Shown here: positions 25,551 to 39,914 of the stretch, one piece after another
Layout: the number at the start of each line of letters is the position of its first letter
Position numbering within the stretch: position 1 is the first letter of the stretch
Source: Octopus bimaculoides
Taxonomy: Eukaryota
Length of the DNA: 64,000 nt
Direction: 5' to 3'
Assembly: GCF_001194135.2 (NCBI RefSeq)
Contig: NC_068983.1
Span: forward strand, 107,905,490 to 107,969,489
The notes under the pieces: model-generated
Database searches by the model: none
What the model was told of the DNA's origin: nothing
Seen by the model: only the letters and a program-made list of their open reading frames with translations
Translations under genes and position numbers: made by a program

Positions 25551-27067
25551 ACTGCATCATTCGTATTTGTACTCAAGAATATTTCTATATTATTATATAA
25601 CATATGCAACAATAATCTTAGGGTGTATCAATGTATTGATACAATCGAATGTCAGCTCATCAGAATTCTGTGTGTAATATATTTGTGAGTGTGTGTGTGT
25701 ATGTATATATATATATATATATGTACACACAAGTAATATATATATATATATATACACACACATATGTGTATTGCTTATATATTTAGTAGTAGAATCAATA
25801 AAAAGAGTACAGTGAACTTACAGTGTGGATTGTAAAATCCAGTGTTTCAGACAGTGTCCTACTGCAGGGAAAAGTTGAAAGGAGAGAAATAAATGAGTCA
25901 GAGCAGAGTTCTAAATTCTATTTTTTTTTTTTTTAACTCAGAGGATGTAAATCTCTGCTGTCTCTAAATTATTTCTCTCCTTTCAAGTTTTCCTGAAGAG
26001 GGACATGGTATGAAATGTTGATTTTCCACTCCTTACAGCAAACTCACTGTACTCTTTTCATCAATTTAACTACACAAGTATTGCCAATGCAGACAAATAC
26101 CAACCTCTTTGGAGTCTGTCGAACTATGTTTGTATGTGTGTACATATGTATGTGCATGTGTATAAATACATATATATACACACACATCTATTCCTTTCAT
26201 CTTCAAAGGAATGCAGTGATTCTGCTGCATTGAGCTATCAAAATCCATACTAGCTGATACTTCACTTAGCTTTTATTATGCATATATACAATGTTGCCTC
26301 CATATTGCACCTGCTTACATAATATGCATTGTTATACCAGCCAGTCATCAACCATCCAAACCAGCAGTAAAGAGACATACTGATTACATGATGTAAATTG
26401 TATATGTAACTTGCATATAAGTATATACCTGAAAACTGTTTATTGTCTGTCTGTCTTTCTACTTACAAACCAGCTTCATTTTCATTGCTCTTCTAGCTGA
26501 CTTTTCTACCTCTGCTCTAATTCACCCTGATGAACAAGTTGAAGTTTATGATTCTGATCTCTGTAGTTCCACTTGGTAACTACCTATATAACGATTAAAC
26601 TAGTATTTTATCACCCATTGTATGTATCTATATAAACATATATAATTTTATATATATATAAAGCATATATATATATATAAAACACACAAATATGCGTATA
26701 TATATACATGCACATGAGTATGCATGCTATATATACATACCTATATAATATATGTGCATGTGTGTGTGTGTGCATCTACAGACATCCACAGATGACAAAA
26801 ATGAACCAAGCGAAAGTGGCTCAAAAATGGTCAGGTGCCATGAATTAGGACAAAATAATAAATAAAGGTATATTAGCATATAAACTAAATTTATGGTTTA
26901 TTGAAGTTATCCTCAACTGCAACAAATGCTGAATGAAATCAAATTTCTCTAGAACTAGTATACCATTAAAGAAAAACAGCTCTTTTTTCTGGAGAAAATA
27001 GAACAATTGCAAACACATGCTTCTGGTTTCAAATGTGCCAACAGTACAACTGTTCTAACTTTACTCC

Positions 27068-27129
<62 letters not shown>

Positions 27130-27299
27130 ACATAATTTAATAACTGTTTGTCTCAATTCAATGCAACTTAAAATTTTGTAGGCTTTTAAAATGAACCTCA
27201 CTCATCAGACATCTCGATAGGAATGAAATCACTGAGAAGTTAGTATATATGGAAGACATCTCACTTGCACTTCTGAACTTAAAGAGAGTCAGATAAAGA

Positions 27300-27890
27300 T
27301 AAGCTGGTTCAATCTTCCTTTAAACCTAGATGTTACAAATAACATAGCTAGGAGATTCCTGACACTAATTAAAACACATTTCCTTAGAACCAATAAATAT
27401 TATAAATTATCCAACTCCCTTGACATGAAGGTTAGTTACTCCTGCTTAGAGAACAATGCTTCTAACACTGCATGCTACAATAGGTGCAAACACACACATA
27501 TAAATCCTCCGGTACACAACTACATAACCTCCAATACACACCCCAAACTGTAACTTTCCAGATCCTACCAACTGCTGTCTGGGAGGATCCTGCCTCTAAA
27601 GGGCAGTGGTCTATGAGGCCACCATCCAATGGCATTACATGACACTACATGGGAATGACAACTAATGACTTCAAAAGAAGTTATACACAGCATATACAAT
27701 TCTTCAGATACAGGGATACAGAAAACTCCAGCTCCACCTTTCTGTCCCATTTTATCTGGAGATCTTCATGAACATAGGAACAACTTCTCAAACATCAAAC
27801 AGAGTATCATTAACAGAGCCCATCCACACTCACCTGGAACTCACAACTGCCAATTTTTAACCCATCATATTTTTTTCCAGCTCCACAAGT
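27300..27890 (+). mobile_element. Decayed Penelope-like element (RT C-terminus, linker and GIY-YIG endonuclease)
   Basis: Frames read WFNLPLNLDVTNNIARRFLTLIKTHF...KVSYSCLENN, PNCNFPDPTNCCLGGSCL*RAVVYEATI, YMGMTTNDFKRSYTQH and NIKQSIINRAHPHSPGTHNCQ, corresponding to PLE WFNPP, KVSYSC, CNC and VVY/YIG motifs. Confidence 0.8.
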
Positions 27891-28168
27891 CTGGTTAGTC
27901 CCACAGAAAGACTGTTACTGATGCTGTTACTCCGTTAGCTTATAACACCACCTTGCTCTACCACACATAGCACCAAATATAACAAACTGATGCTTCTAAA
28001 TAAAGCATATCAAGTTGCATTAAATTGAATCAGATTGTTACATAATATATGGATTTCCTACTAGAAGTGTTGAGTGCTACTTTCTATTGTTTGTTCACTC
28101 AATCATTGTGTATATATCACAGCACCAGCATGGCAGCAGTCTAGTGACTGAAACAAGTAAATGATAAA

Positions 28169-28235
<67 letters not shown>

Positions 28236-28521
28236 GGCTCTCCCATCGAAGACAATGTATGAATGTTCAGCTTTTGCTAAATGACCTGCACAAATAATTT
28301 GTTTATAGTGATCAAATGTATATGCTGTACATTAGCACACTCTCTCCATCAAATGGTCATTGCCTGAACAGGTACATGGTGTACAATATGTCATATGTTG
28401 AAGTGATTACATACCCAAGTGTTAGTTATTGCGTGGCAATCTTGCAACTGAATGTTATATAAAGGCAAGGGTAAAAAGTGGTTTACCCTTGATTTATATA
28501 GCAAATAAGAAAGTGGAGAGG

Positions 28522-28645
28522 ATACAAAATGGACAAACATTAGCTGGTAAACATTCCAGTATGTCTATTTATTCCAATGTATTCATCTAATACATTGGAA
28601 TAAATAAACATACTGGAATGTTTACCGGCTGAAATCTGTCCATTT

Positions 28646-28650
<5 letters not shown>
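28522..28650. repeat. Hairpin: 62-bp arms, 5-nt loop
   Basis: 28522-28583 pairs with 28589-28650, 6 mismatches, loop catct; abuts a (TA)n tract. Confidence 0.9.
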
Positions 28651-28693
<43 letters not shown>

Positions 28694-30017
28694 CATACAT
28701 TGCCTTCTCTAATCATGTCACATTATTTTCACTCAAGGCACTTCCTATTAGAGGTCCAGATAAATAACAATATATATATAAATACATACATAATACATAC
28801 ATATATATATATATATATGTATGTATGTATGTATATACGTATGTATCATCCAGCAAGACCTCAGAAACATACATAAACAGTAAAATGACAATTAACATGC
28901 TGTTTAGCCCCACAAAATTCCATGTTGCCCACTATGGTAAGAGGACTTCTCTCTCAAATATTGTACTTTGCTCTGAACAAAGGACTAATTAAAAATTCTG
29001 AACATTTTCATGTGCCATGTAGCTTTGTTAGTAAATGCATATTTTGTCTAAGCATGTTCATAGACTGTCAATAATTTTCTGAAAGCTCAGTGCCTATGTA
29101 TGGAAGACATTTATGATGAGGGACCCAACAGTGTGATATTAACACTATCACTATTTTGAGCACTAGTGCTCAAATCAATGTTAACATGCACTGCTCTTAA
29201 CTTTGCCTTCTCCTCACAGTCCATGCCTTACCAATTAATTACGAAAGCATTCACTAAAAAATAAATGAAGCTGGAAGGCCTACTTATGAGGAACACTCCT
29301 GTAAATAATGTCTTTTTGGAATGCCAAATTGAATGGTATGCTGTCATATCCTTTGTTCCTATCCTTTCTTTAGTCACCTTCTTGTATCTTGTATGTACAT
29401 ATATGTGTGTGTGTGTGTGTTTACATTCCCTATCTTTTTCTTAACATGCACACACACACACACACACACAGGCAGTTGACATAGATAGATAAATTGATTG
29501 ATTTATACTTATGCATAGATATTACGGCTGGAATAGCATATGCTGTTATTTCCAGAAAACAGTGTTAAGATATTGATATCCACTCAGTAGAAATGAAGAA
29601 ATATATGCAACAATCTTAAATTCAATAGTCCTACTTTTCAGTACAACTTGAAATGCTTTGAAATTGTTGCTGATAAAGTTTATACATTTTGTCTTTCATC
29701 TTCTGTTTTCATTCTGTACACATGAGCATTTTAAACAAAAACATTACTATGGCGATTAATACATCTATAGGTTTTTTTAAGAGCTAACTTTAGTTTCTCT
29801 ACTATAATTAAAACTGTGTTTGTAGTCATAAGAAACATTTTTTTGGTTTTGTGGTTTAAAGACAGTATCTCATTGTGGATGATGTAAGCGATGTTTACTT
29901 TCATAATGATTCTTGTGAAGAATGATTTATAGCTATGTCATAGCTTATATTGATTTTATTGATGATGTAGTAAAAATCTAATAGCACAAGTGTGTTCAAT
30001 GCAATTGAATACCTTAC

Positions 30018-30092
30018 CTTTACATACAACATCCTTTTTAGTCGTACAAGGTTTAACCATATAGTATCCACGTGGACAAGATGTTCGACAAA
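30018..30092 (-). CDS. Coding exon E: TNFR-like cysteine-rich module, part 1
   Basis: Acceptor ctttttatttcag|TT and donor AAG|GTAAGG; 75 nt, phase 1-1. Translates (L)CRTSCPRGYYMVKPCTTKKDVVCK. This is a different frame from the listed ORF 29901-30170. Confidence 0.9.
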
Positions 30093-31559
30093 CTGAAATA
30101 AAAAGAGAATTATAAATGTATTATTTCTGAAGTAGATTTTGTTAATATGATCATATTGCTTCACTTGCATTTTCTTTTGTTTTGGTTGGTGGGATGGAAG
30201 GAATAAGATTGGAAAATATCAGTCATTCAGATGTGCAAACAATCAAAAATAGACCCAAGAAAAATTATCAGCATATTGATCATTAAGTAAAAAAAAAAAA
30301 AAAAACATAAAAAAAATTTCTTGAATATAATTTGATACTGCAGTAAAATATGATGGAAATTTTCATAATAAATGATATTCCTGTTTTGTTTTTCAGTACA
30401 AATTTTATTTTATATGTAAGGTAATTTTATTCAAGAACTTTCTCTTCTGAGGCATTGAAAATGATTTGTAATCAATAATCAATCAACATCATTTCTGATA
30501 TTCTGCAGCATATTTAAATGATATAGGGCCAACCACTGGTAACATACAAAGTAAAATACTCAGTTTAATTAAAAATCCTCCAACTTTTATTATAAATGAC
30601 AGAGAAAAGTATGATACTTCTCCATCAAGATACTGACAAAGCCAGAGTATGTGCTAGGCTATAACAAAAGTCTATTAGATTTTTTTTCTACTTATATATG
30701 GAAAAGCGTAATACTGTAGGATATCAGAGATGACTAGAATGTGAACAAAACAAATCATTTATCAAATACTGCATGAGCTTTAAAAGTAAAATAAACATAC
30801 AAGCAAACAAATGGTTAAAATATCAATATTACTGAAGTATATGGACATTGAGGAAGTTTATGTCCTTCAGTAACAAAAAGTAGTGGACTGAAAAAGAGAT
30901 TGTAGGCTTAATTCCACCTAGTGTTTAGCATTTTATACAATACAATGTACTCATTTGTTTGCTGGGGACTGTATACAATAATCACGTAGGTATCAGAGTT
31001 TTGAATAGAAATATCAACATTTGCACAGATATAGAGAAGGCTTTAAAAAAAAGACATAAAAGGAAAAATGAGAGTGGAATGCAGGAAAAGTGAGATGAAA
31101 AATACACTCATAGAAGTTAATATTTAAATCATTCTAAGTGTTTGGAAGTGAATTTAGTAGGGAAGAAGTTAACAGAGCAGAGTAAATAAGTGAAAATAGA
31201 AAGCTAAAAAGTTGACAAGAATAAAAGAGAGCAAATAAAACAAAATATAAAAAAAAAGAAAACCAAGAGTGGGTTTAAGTAGTAGAGATTATAAAACTTA
31301 TCCTCTGACAATAGTACAATGATCACTTGTCTTTTAACAAGTAGTTAGACAGGGGATTAGTCTAATATTTATTTGCTTTACCTCAAAATAAGCTAGTGAA
31401 CTATTAGATGGGAACATTCACAGAGATAACTTAAAAAAGAATCTACTACCAATATAACAATATCTAAAAGCAATATTATTATTTCTGATAATACTGGTAG
31501 TAAATTATATTTTGTGACCGGAGCTTATAAGCAGACACTTTAGGTAACTTCCCACTATA

Positions 31560-31765
31560 TACTGTAATTTGCCAGTGTCACATAACTGGCAGACATGCTG
31601 GTAGATCATAAAAAGCATCCATTACACTCTTGGAGTGGTTGGCATTAGGAAGGACATCCAGGTGTAGAAACCATGCCAAGTCAGACTGGAACCTGATGCA
31701 TCTCTCCAATTTCAGTCAAACCATCTAACCCATACCAGCATGGAAAGCAGACACTAAATGATGAA
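31560..31765 (+). mobile_element. RTE-tail-type retroposon 3' fragment
   Basis: ggagtggttggcattaggaaggacatccag...aacccataccagcatggaaagcagacactaaatgatga, the same family motifs as the other copies. Confidence 0.75.
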
Positions 31766-31769
31766 ACAG

Positions 31770-32720
31770 TTCCTTGATTAGCAAACTATGATAGAAGGTA
31801 GTTTTCTCAAAATGATTCTAGATTCTTACAAATGGGTTGATGAAAATAACATGCAATTCAGTGCTGAGAAGTTGCAAGCACTCCACTATTGGCACACAGA
31901 CAGACTACAGTTGCAATACACAGGACTTAGGGATAGTGCAATCCCAGAGTTCGAATCAGTGCATGACCTGGGAATCCACATGAGTAATGATGCAACATTC
32001 CATGTGTATACTACCAAGATGGCAACAATGTACAGGTATGTAGCTGAATGGATTCTGCAATCATTCAGAACCAGAAAAAAAGGATACCATGTATTTCCTA
32101 TGGGGAACTTTTATTCTCAGCTGCCTGGATTACTGCTTCTAACTGTGGTTGCCACAGAGCATCAATCAAACTAATGGCAGAACTTGAGACAATCCAGCAC
32201 CACAACACAAAGAAGATTAACTCAGTGAAACAGATGAGCTACCGAGAGAGGTTCCAAGAACTGAAACTCTACTCCCTAGAGAGGAGTGAAAGATATGCAG
32301 TGATGTATATATGGAAGAACCTGGTAGGTCTGGCTCCCAGCTTTGGAAATGAAAGGTATACCAACCACCAACCACTGAACTGGATGGTACTGCATGATAC
32401 TAAAGATCACATTTTTTTTTATCTAATATAAGGACCCAGTACTGCAACAGCTTAAGTTTTAAGGGTCTACAACTATTCAACATCCTGCCAAACAGCCTCA
32501 GACGTTTGCAGGGTGTAGATGTGGATGTCTTCCAAGAGCTTGCAGACAAATTTCTATCTAAAATCCCAGATGAGCCCACATCACAGCAGGAGGCACAAAG
32601 AAGAGCAGCTCCATCTAACTTGTTATATCAAAAAACAGTACAGAAAAGAAACCCCCAAACACACTGAAAAGTGGCGCTCCAGCATGGCCCCAGCTTTTAG
32701 CTAAAATCAGTAAAAGATAA
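31770..32720 (+). mobile_element. 5'-truncated CR1/L2-type LINE (RT C-terminus and 3' tail), decayed
   Basis: YKWVDENNMQFSAEK...VHDLGIHMSNDATF...WILQSFRTR...LETIQ...SYRERFQELKLYSLERSERY resembles CR1-clade W...N.M.FN..K, DLG and Y..RL..L.L.SLE.RR motifs; frameshifted. Confidence 0.85.
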
Positions 32721-34184
32721 AGATTAAGATATAAATACATACAATAAGAAAGAAGTAATGAAACAAAATTAAGTATTGACACTTCCACTGAAATTAGTGG
32801 CAACACAGGAAATAATAAGATTAGACATACATTCATAACAGGCACACACACATGTTCTCTTTCTTCTCCCTCTCTGACTCCAAATTTGTATGCAGAATAC
32901 CAATATGCAAAATTTGTATTGATTATTTTATTTAAAATTGCTATAACAATTCCATTATGTGAGTATTCTTAATACTGATTAATGAGTTTTGACTAACAAA
33001 CCTTTTACAAATTTTTGTTTCATCTCATTTATATAATTGTGTACAAATAGACTAAATTAGTAGATGCAAAATTTGAATTTTATATGAGAAGCATACTGTA
33101 ATGCCAGGTTTTTGAAACTAATTCCTTGTATTTAATTATTTTATTATGATATTGGACACTTGAATGTATCAGATTAAAAAATATAGGCAATTGCTATGAG
33201 AAAATTTTAAGAGTATGATAAGTCTTGAATTATTATAATTATTCTAGTGTAGGTTGAAAAAGAACCTTCTTAATCACAGAATTGTAAAGATAAGGATATG
33301 TATTTTATTACACAAACATACATGCACACACAGCAAGTTAGTAAGCTTTGAGAAAATCATAATAGGTATAAAAAGCAACTTTCAGGAACAATAATAGTTT
33401 ATTGGCATTGAAGGTTGTAGGTTTTTCTCATATCAAAATTCAATAAGCTCAAAAATGTTATTTTATAGTTTGCGGTGAGCAAATAGGGTTGCTATGAATA
33501 TGAATAGATATACAAATTGAGGGATTGGAACAAGTAAAATCCAGGCTACATGTTTTCTAGCTAGCAGAAACCTCAGAAGTAATAATTACTCATTTAAATA
33601 ATAGAAGGTTTTGAAATAATGGGCTAAAAAGGATTATCCAATAAAAACTTCAAATGGAGACTGTTCAAGTCTAACTTAACAGATAGCTCTACATTATACA
33701 ATGTAGATTAGATTAAAGAAAATTTTTAAACGACCAAATTAAAGGATATTAAGTAAAGACCCTGAAGAAACTGCACCAATTGCAACAGTTAATAATTAGT
33801 GCAACTGAAACATGTGTTGGTCTATGTAAGGTAGTATATAAATTAATGAATTTAAAGGTAATGCTATGCAACTTAGTAGTAACCCTTATTATTAATATTG
33901 TTAATAAATATATATATATACACGCACATATATATACATATGCATACACATACATACATATGAACCTACACACACACATACATATATATATATATTTATA
34001 AACAAAATTAAGGGATCAGCAACAGGTCGCTTCACCACATACCAAAGTTCAGAAATAGCAGCTAAAAATGCTGAAACATACCGAAGGGCCTGGTAAAAAT
34101 TATTAATTATTAATTTATTAATAAATTGATAATCCTTTACCCTTTTAATTGTAATAATATATATATATATATATACATACATAC

Positions 34185-34252
<68 letters not shown>

Positions 34253-34270
34253 ATATATATATATATATCT

Positions 34271-34527
34271 GGAGGCACAACGGCCCAGTGGTTAGTGCAG
34301 CAGACTCGTGGTCATAGGACCACGGTTTCAATTCCCAGACCAGGCTTTGTGAGTGTTTCAAAGGGCCATCCTCTTCACACTCTGTGTCATGCTGAATCTG
34401 CCTGAAAATTATGTTCATGGTACACGTGTCTGTGGAGTGCTCAGCTACTTGCACGTTATTTTATGAGCAGGCTGTTCCCTTTATCGGATCAAATGGAACC
34501 CTCGTTGTTGTAACCGACAAAATGCCA

Positions 34528-34530
<3 letters not shown>
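34271..34530 (+). mobile_element. tRNA-derived SINE (third family) embedded in (TA)n
   Basis: A-box-like cggcccagtgg (34281) and B-box-like ggtttcaattcc (34324), followed by about 190 nt of non-tRNA body. Confidence 0.7.
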
Positions 34531-34566
<36 letters not shown>

Positions 34567-34844
34567 ATTTATATGAACTTACATGTTCATGATAGTAATT
34601 GGTAAATGGATCATCTGGTTTTATCTTGCTTGTTTAAGTGTTTAAAATTTATCTGATGATAGTGGGTTTTTTTTTTACCCTATGATGTAATCTGAGAATG
34701 TATGAATAAAATGTTATCGAAACAGCTGGTGTAAATTTTCAACTCTACTTGTGTTGTTTTATACAAATATCACACTTGGAACCAACCCTGAGTTGGATCT
34801 ACAGCTCATATTAGTTTTGCTATGTCTGTGTGTGAGTGTGTGTA

Positions 34845-34890
<46 letters not shown>

Positions 34891-35361
34891 TACAGATATA
34901 TGCATATATATGTGTGTGTGTATATACTTGCAGTATACAACCAACAATTGACAAATAAGGGTTGTTTTAGTTTACTGTTAGCTCAATACTAAGTACCCAG
35001 CCATTCCTGGTGTCATACTTGTTGATATGCCTAGATTCTAATGAATCCTGTAACTAATCTAAATATAAACTGATATTGTTAGAAAACAGAGCCTAACACT
35101 TGTCAGGCAGATACTAAAGAAAGGACTGATGGAATGTAAATTATATAAACAAAATCAACATGCCACTTTTAGGCTAGTTCTAGCCTGATATTCCAGAATA
35201 TACAAGAAGTTATTCAACTGAGAATTTTATATAATACAAACTAGTAAGCCAAGCATGTAGAATAAGAGCACAGAACTGTCACTTCTTGTATGTCATTATG
35301 TTAAGTCAACTGTTATTCTGACTTTGATAAGAAGAAGCAAAGAAGCCTCAGGATAAACTTC

Positions 35362-35700
35362 ATCATCATCATCATCATCGTCGTCATCATCATCATCATG
35401 ATTTGACATCCATTTTCCATGCTGGATGGGTTGGGTGGTCTCACTAGATCTGATGAGCAGCAAGACTTTACTGAGTTCCAGTGTCATCTTTGGCATGTTT
35501 TCTATAGCTGGATGCCCTTCCTGAGACCAACCACTTTACAGCGTGTACTGGGTAGTTTTCTTTTTTTTGCATCACCAGTACTAATGAGCTTGCCAAGAAA
35601 GTTGCAGGACAAGGAAGGGAAAAAGACCCCTCGATGAGTAGGGGAGTACATTTGAAAGAGAGGGAGATGGCTTTATGCCAGGTTTTAGGAGGTTAAAGTA
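35362..35700 (-). mobile_element. RTE-tail-type retroposon copy with long (GAT)n tail
   Basis: (atc)n at about 35362-35398, followed by ttttccatgctggatgggttgg and ctatagctggatgcccttcc family motifs. Confidence 0.7.
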
Positions 35701-37463
35701 TATCACAGGTGTTTTACTATAGAGGAGATACACAGCTACACCAAATTATATAAGAGCAGCTGGAAAGAAGACCGAGATAGTAATGTGAGATTCCAGTGTC
35801 TCTGGAACTACAAGATGGCGAGTATAAAAGAGAATGTAGAGAGTGCAAAAATAAAAAAAAATAACTTAAATAATCAAAAAATGTCTTAATACTAAATAGA
35901 AAGGTTGGAAAAGAAATAAAAGAAATGAAGGAGAAATTTAACCTTAATTTGATACGAATCTTGACAAAAAGGACAATGATCAACCCTAAGCATTATTTAT
36001 GGCAAGTGTTACATATAGAACAGAGCCAGTTAAGTGAAGAGTACATGAAAAGTTAAATAAGAAAACTTGCCACAAAACATACTGAAGATAGCGATTTTTA
36101 CAATAATTTAATGGTTCATTGTTTCCAAGCTAAGAATCAAAGAGAAGTCTGTTACTCAAGGGGATCTGTGAAAATTCTGTTATCTTTAGAAGTTCACTTG
36201 TCATAGTGAATATTTTATTTAAGTCATTTGTTTCCTCTCAAAGGACCATTTGATTACAAATTTGCCTTCCTTGCATCGTTTTAGATAACCATTTTTTTAT
36301 ATATATAAATAGAGTTTTGTTTTAATAAAAGAATCCTATAGGATGAATTTACTTAAAAGAATAAAGCGGAGGAATAAAATCTAACAGAAGTTTGAATATT
36401 TCAGAGAGAGGTAAATAACTAATTGCTTAGAATTATTTATCTACACTTCAAACAAAACCAGTAATGATTTCTTGTTATACATTTTCTATATTCCAGTTGA
36501 ACCACAATTTTTGAGATAGATAAAAAAAAATCTACATTTGATAATAGTAAGCCCTAACATAATCAACTAAAATTCAATGGCATTCTTTCAAAGTAACAGT
36601 TTTTATAAAAGTTTTCATTTTGAAATATAACTGACATTAGATTGATAATAACTATAACCATTCCCACAATGAACATCACTGTCATCATTATTGATTTAAA
36701 ATAGACATATTTAAACTGAAAATATCGATTTTGATATTGATAACACAACTTAAAAGCATCTCTATGTTTCCTATTTGATTTGTTGAAGGATTTAAAATAC
36801 ATTTTACTGATGTACAACTAGAAAAATGAAAAACAAGATTAAATGTTAATATTAAGCCATCAAATTGAATTTGGATCTTATAAACTTAGTGAGAACCAAC
36901 CATAACAGGTCATTAATACAAAGTATAAAACTAGACTCTAGAATATCAAATTTACATCAAGTTTTTCAAATCTAGGAGTTTGATTTTCTACAAATTTATA
37001 TAATTCGTTTTACAACTACAATGTACTGTGTCATATAAATTAGTTGACAGTTCAAATTGACAAAGGCAGAGAAAATTATAACAAAGACACTGACAAGAAT
37101 TGAAATTTATAAACATGGTTTGAATGCCTGACATCATAAAATCATGGGTTCTCACGATAAAAGAAAAAAAAACATAAATATTCTAATGTCTCTTAATATA
37201 GAATGACCATGAACAGGAAAACCTTATCAAACGAAGTTGTTAACTGGCTTACTTAATGTACTTGTTATTAATTTATTGATAATTTCAAAAATGCTTCTAA
37301 AATGGCAATGGGTAATTTCATTTTGATGAAACTTAGTTGAGATGCTGAAATGAAATTCAAAAGTAATACATATTTAGTAGTAAACTTAATTTTTATTGTA
37401 TCTGTTAGAAGTAATTATATTCTGAAACTCATCTAAGAAAGAAATGAAACTTTGATATATTAC

Positions 37464-37586
37464 GTTGACACTTCTGTCCATCCAAATAGTAACCTCTCTG
37501 ACACCTGCATGTCATTTCTCCCTGTTGGTTGTCACAAACAGCATAGGTAGTACATTTTGAAGGATCAGACTCACACTCAGCTGAAT
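37464..37586 (-). CDS. Coding exon D: EGF-like domain
   Basis: Acceptor attttattttcag|AT and donor C|GTAATA; 123 nt, phase 1-1. Translates (D)SAECESDPSKCTTYAVCDNQQGEMTCRCQRGYYLDGQKCQ: six Cys with EGF spacing, including C-x-C-x2-G-Y-x2-D-G-x2-C. Confidence 0.92.
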
Positions 37587-39914
37587 CTGAAAATAAAATA
37601 AAATAAAAAAGAAAGTAATGAAATTACAAATAAAACTAAAAAAGAAATAACTGATTTTATAAGAAAATAATTTGCAGATAGGAATTTAAATAAAATTAGG
37701 TATTTGTCTAGCCAAATATTTCTCAAAAAAATTTTTCTCAGATAAATTTTAAGTTACCTTGATTAGAAAATCATTCACTTTGAATTTATATGTTGGTGAC
37801 AAAATTTGATTTGGAAATTCAGTCAAACACATCTGCTGCATTATAAAAAGCTAATAGCTGCTTCAATCTCATATGAATGGGAACTTTGTTTTTCAAGTTA
37901 TTCAATATACAAAATATAAAACAACAAAACAAAGATATTCAAGGAATTCAAATTTGGTTACTTTTAAAAAATATACTCACTATGTACATTTTAATGATAA
38001 TGGTAATCATTGCAACAGAACACTGCTTATATGCCTTTCAAAATAATGCCTAGCTAATTGGTTAGCACTGTGTTTTTCTTTTCATAGTGAAATTCAGGTC
38101 TTGTTTAAAGTTAAGACTAAAGAATATTGATTATATATTATAATCAAAGTATAATTAACAGTAATGAATTAGATAATATTATCTAAGATACAAACACTGC
38201 ATTTTAAAAGCTAATTGAAAATAAATGTTACATGTTTTTTTTTTATTCAATTTACTATTTAAATGTAATCTATCCACACATAACCTATTACATATGCATG
38301 ACCTGATTATACATAAAAGTTTAAATCAGCACATGCATGCTCTCACAAATACATTTTCTATGTATCTGTGACTAGAATATCTGAATGATGGAATTTGAAA
38401 TTGTAACATACAAATTTATACTTCCATATCAGATAAAAATATGGAATATAAATGTGATGCACGCATTTAACATTTTAAATCTTCATTTGGAATCTTGCAT
38501 GTCCTCACTTTTCCAGAGGAGTGCTAATCAAACTTAAACAAAACTCATAATTATCACATTCAGTCTTAGTCAGTTTAATATTATTAACAGTGGACAGCAA
38601 TACTGTTTCCCTGAGTATAATCTTCCAAGTCAACTATTCCCCACAACTTCTGTTTCAATGAAAATATCATATTATGTTACTTACACATGCATAATGCAAT
38701 CCCAGTTTTGCTAGGATATCAATTAAATGGCCTTGGAAAATGAATATCTCTCCAAATCCTACCAATCACTTTGTAGTCTAGACACTCTGCTATGATATAC
38801 TGCATGACATTTTAATTACTTAGATGACAGAACATATGCATTCTGTCTATATATTTACACTTATCCTATTTATACAGCCAGAATCACATGCATATTACAA
38901 TTTCCTGATAGTTTAAATACTATCTCTCAGGTGTCTGTCTTATCAAGAATATAATATTTGCGATCTCTTCGCTAGCTGCATGCCTTTTGACATGCAATAC
39001 ATTTAAATGCTTTTCAACTCTAGCCTCATCACAATCTGCTTCGCAATATTTGTTACATGTTTAATTCCTTAGCTACACTTTGTTTCTTGGCTTATCCCAT
39101 TCCATGCTACTTACTAGATACTAGAGATAACACTTTTGAAGAGGAATTACAGTAATTTTAATACATTTACTACACAGACTGACATATGTGTGTATTGCTC
39201 TCCTTTCCATTAAGCAACTGTATAGATCTACATTGTTTTAGTTTCCATAGCTTTTACTATGTCTATATAAAATGACAATAAATTAAATTGAACTGAATTA
39301 CATTCAGTATTAAGATTATATATTTCTCAAATATTAAAATCTGCAATGTGATCCAGACAAACAGAGGTGTCAATGAAAAGTAACTGCTGGGTAATAATAA
39401 CAGCAATAATAAAAATTGTCACTGTCATCATCATTATTTTTATGGCTGATTTCCAAGATGTCAGGGCAAGAGAAATTTAATTTCTTAGCTTATAATCTAT
39501 ATACTTCTGGTTATTACTTAATTGACTCTGGATAAATAATGTAGGATTAAACCAATTTGTGAGGGATTCTAATGCAAAATACAAAACATTAAGGAGATGA
39601 CATTAAATATATTGACGTGAATTGTTAGTATATGTGTGTGTGTTTGTGAGAACAGGCCAACATACATTTGGAACTACACAACAAATTATGTAACTAAACT
39701 TATGTGAAAATAAATGATATATAAACAGAGAAGTTATATGGAAACTTAAATGCATATATGTATGTATGCATAGATGAAAAATACACAAGAAACAAGAAAT
39801 GGAAAAAAATCATGGCTTTTTTATGTGGTTGTTATCACAACAGGTCGTTGAAGTGTGAGATATACTATATCTTTATTTACAATGTTTTCGTTCGTAAGTT
39901 ATAACAAATATTAT

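Noticed and set aside
29901-30170. Listed minus ORF MQVKQY...FVEHLVHVDTIW
   Set aside because: Wrong frame; the splice phase selects the Cys-rich frame CRTSCPRGYY for the true exon.
34271-34345. tRNA-like sequence with A and B boxes
   Set aside because: The acceptor stem does not close and it continues into a SINE body; not a functional tRNA gene.
38685-38800. Minus-strand GTAAGT donor with an upstream AG
   Set aside because: The frame checked is closed by TGA, the acceptor lacks a pyrimidine tract, and exons C and D already join in frame.
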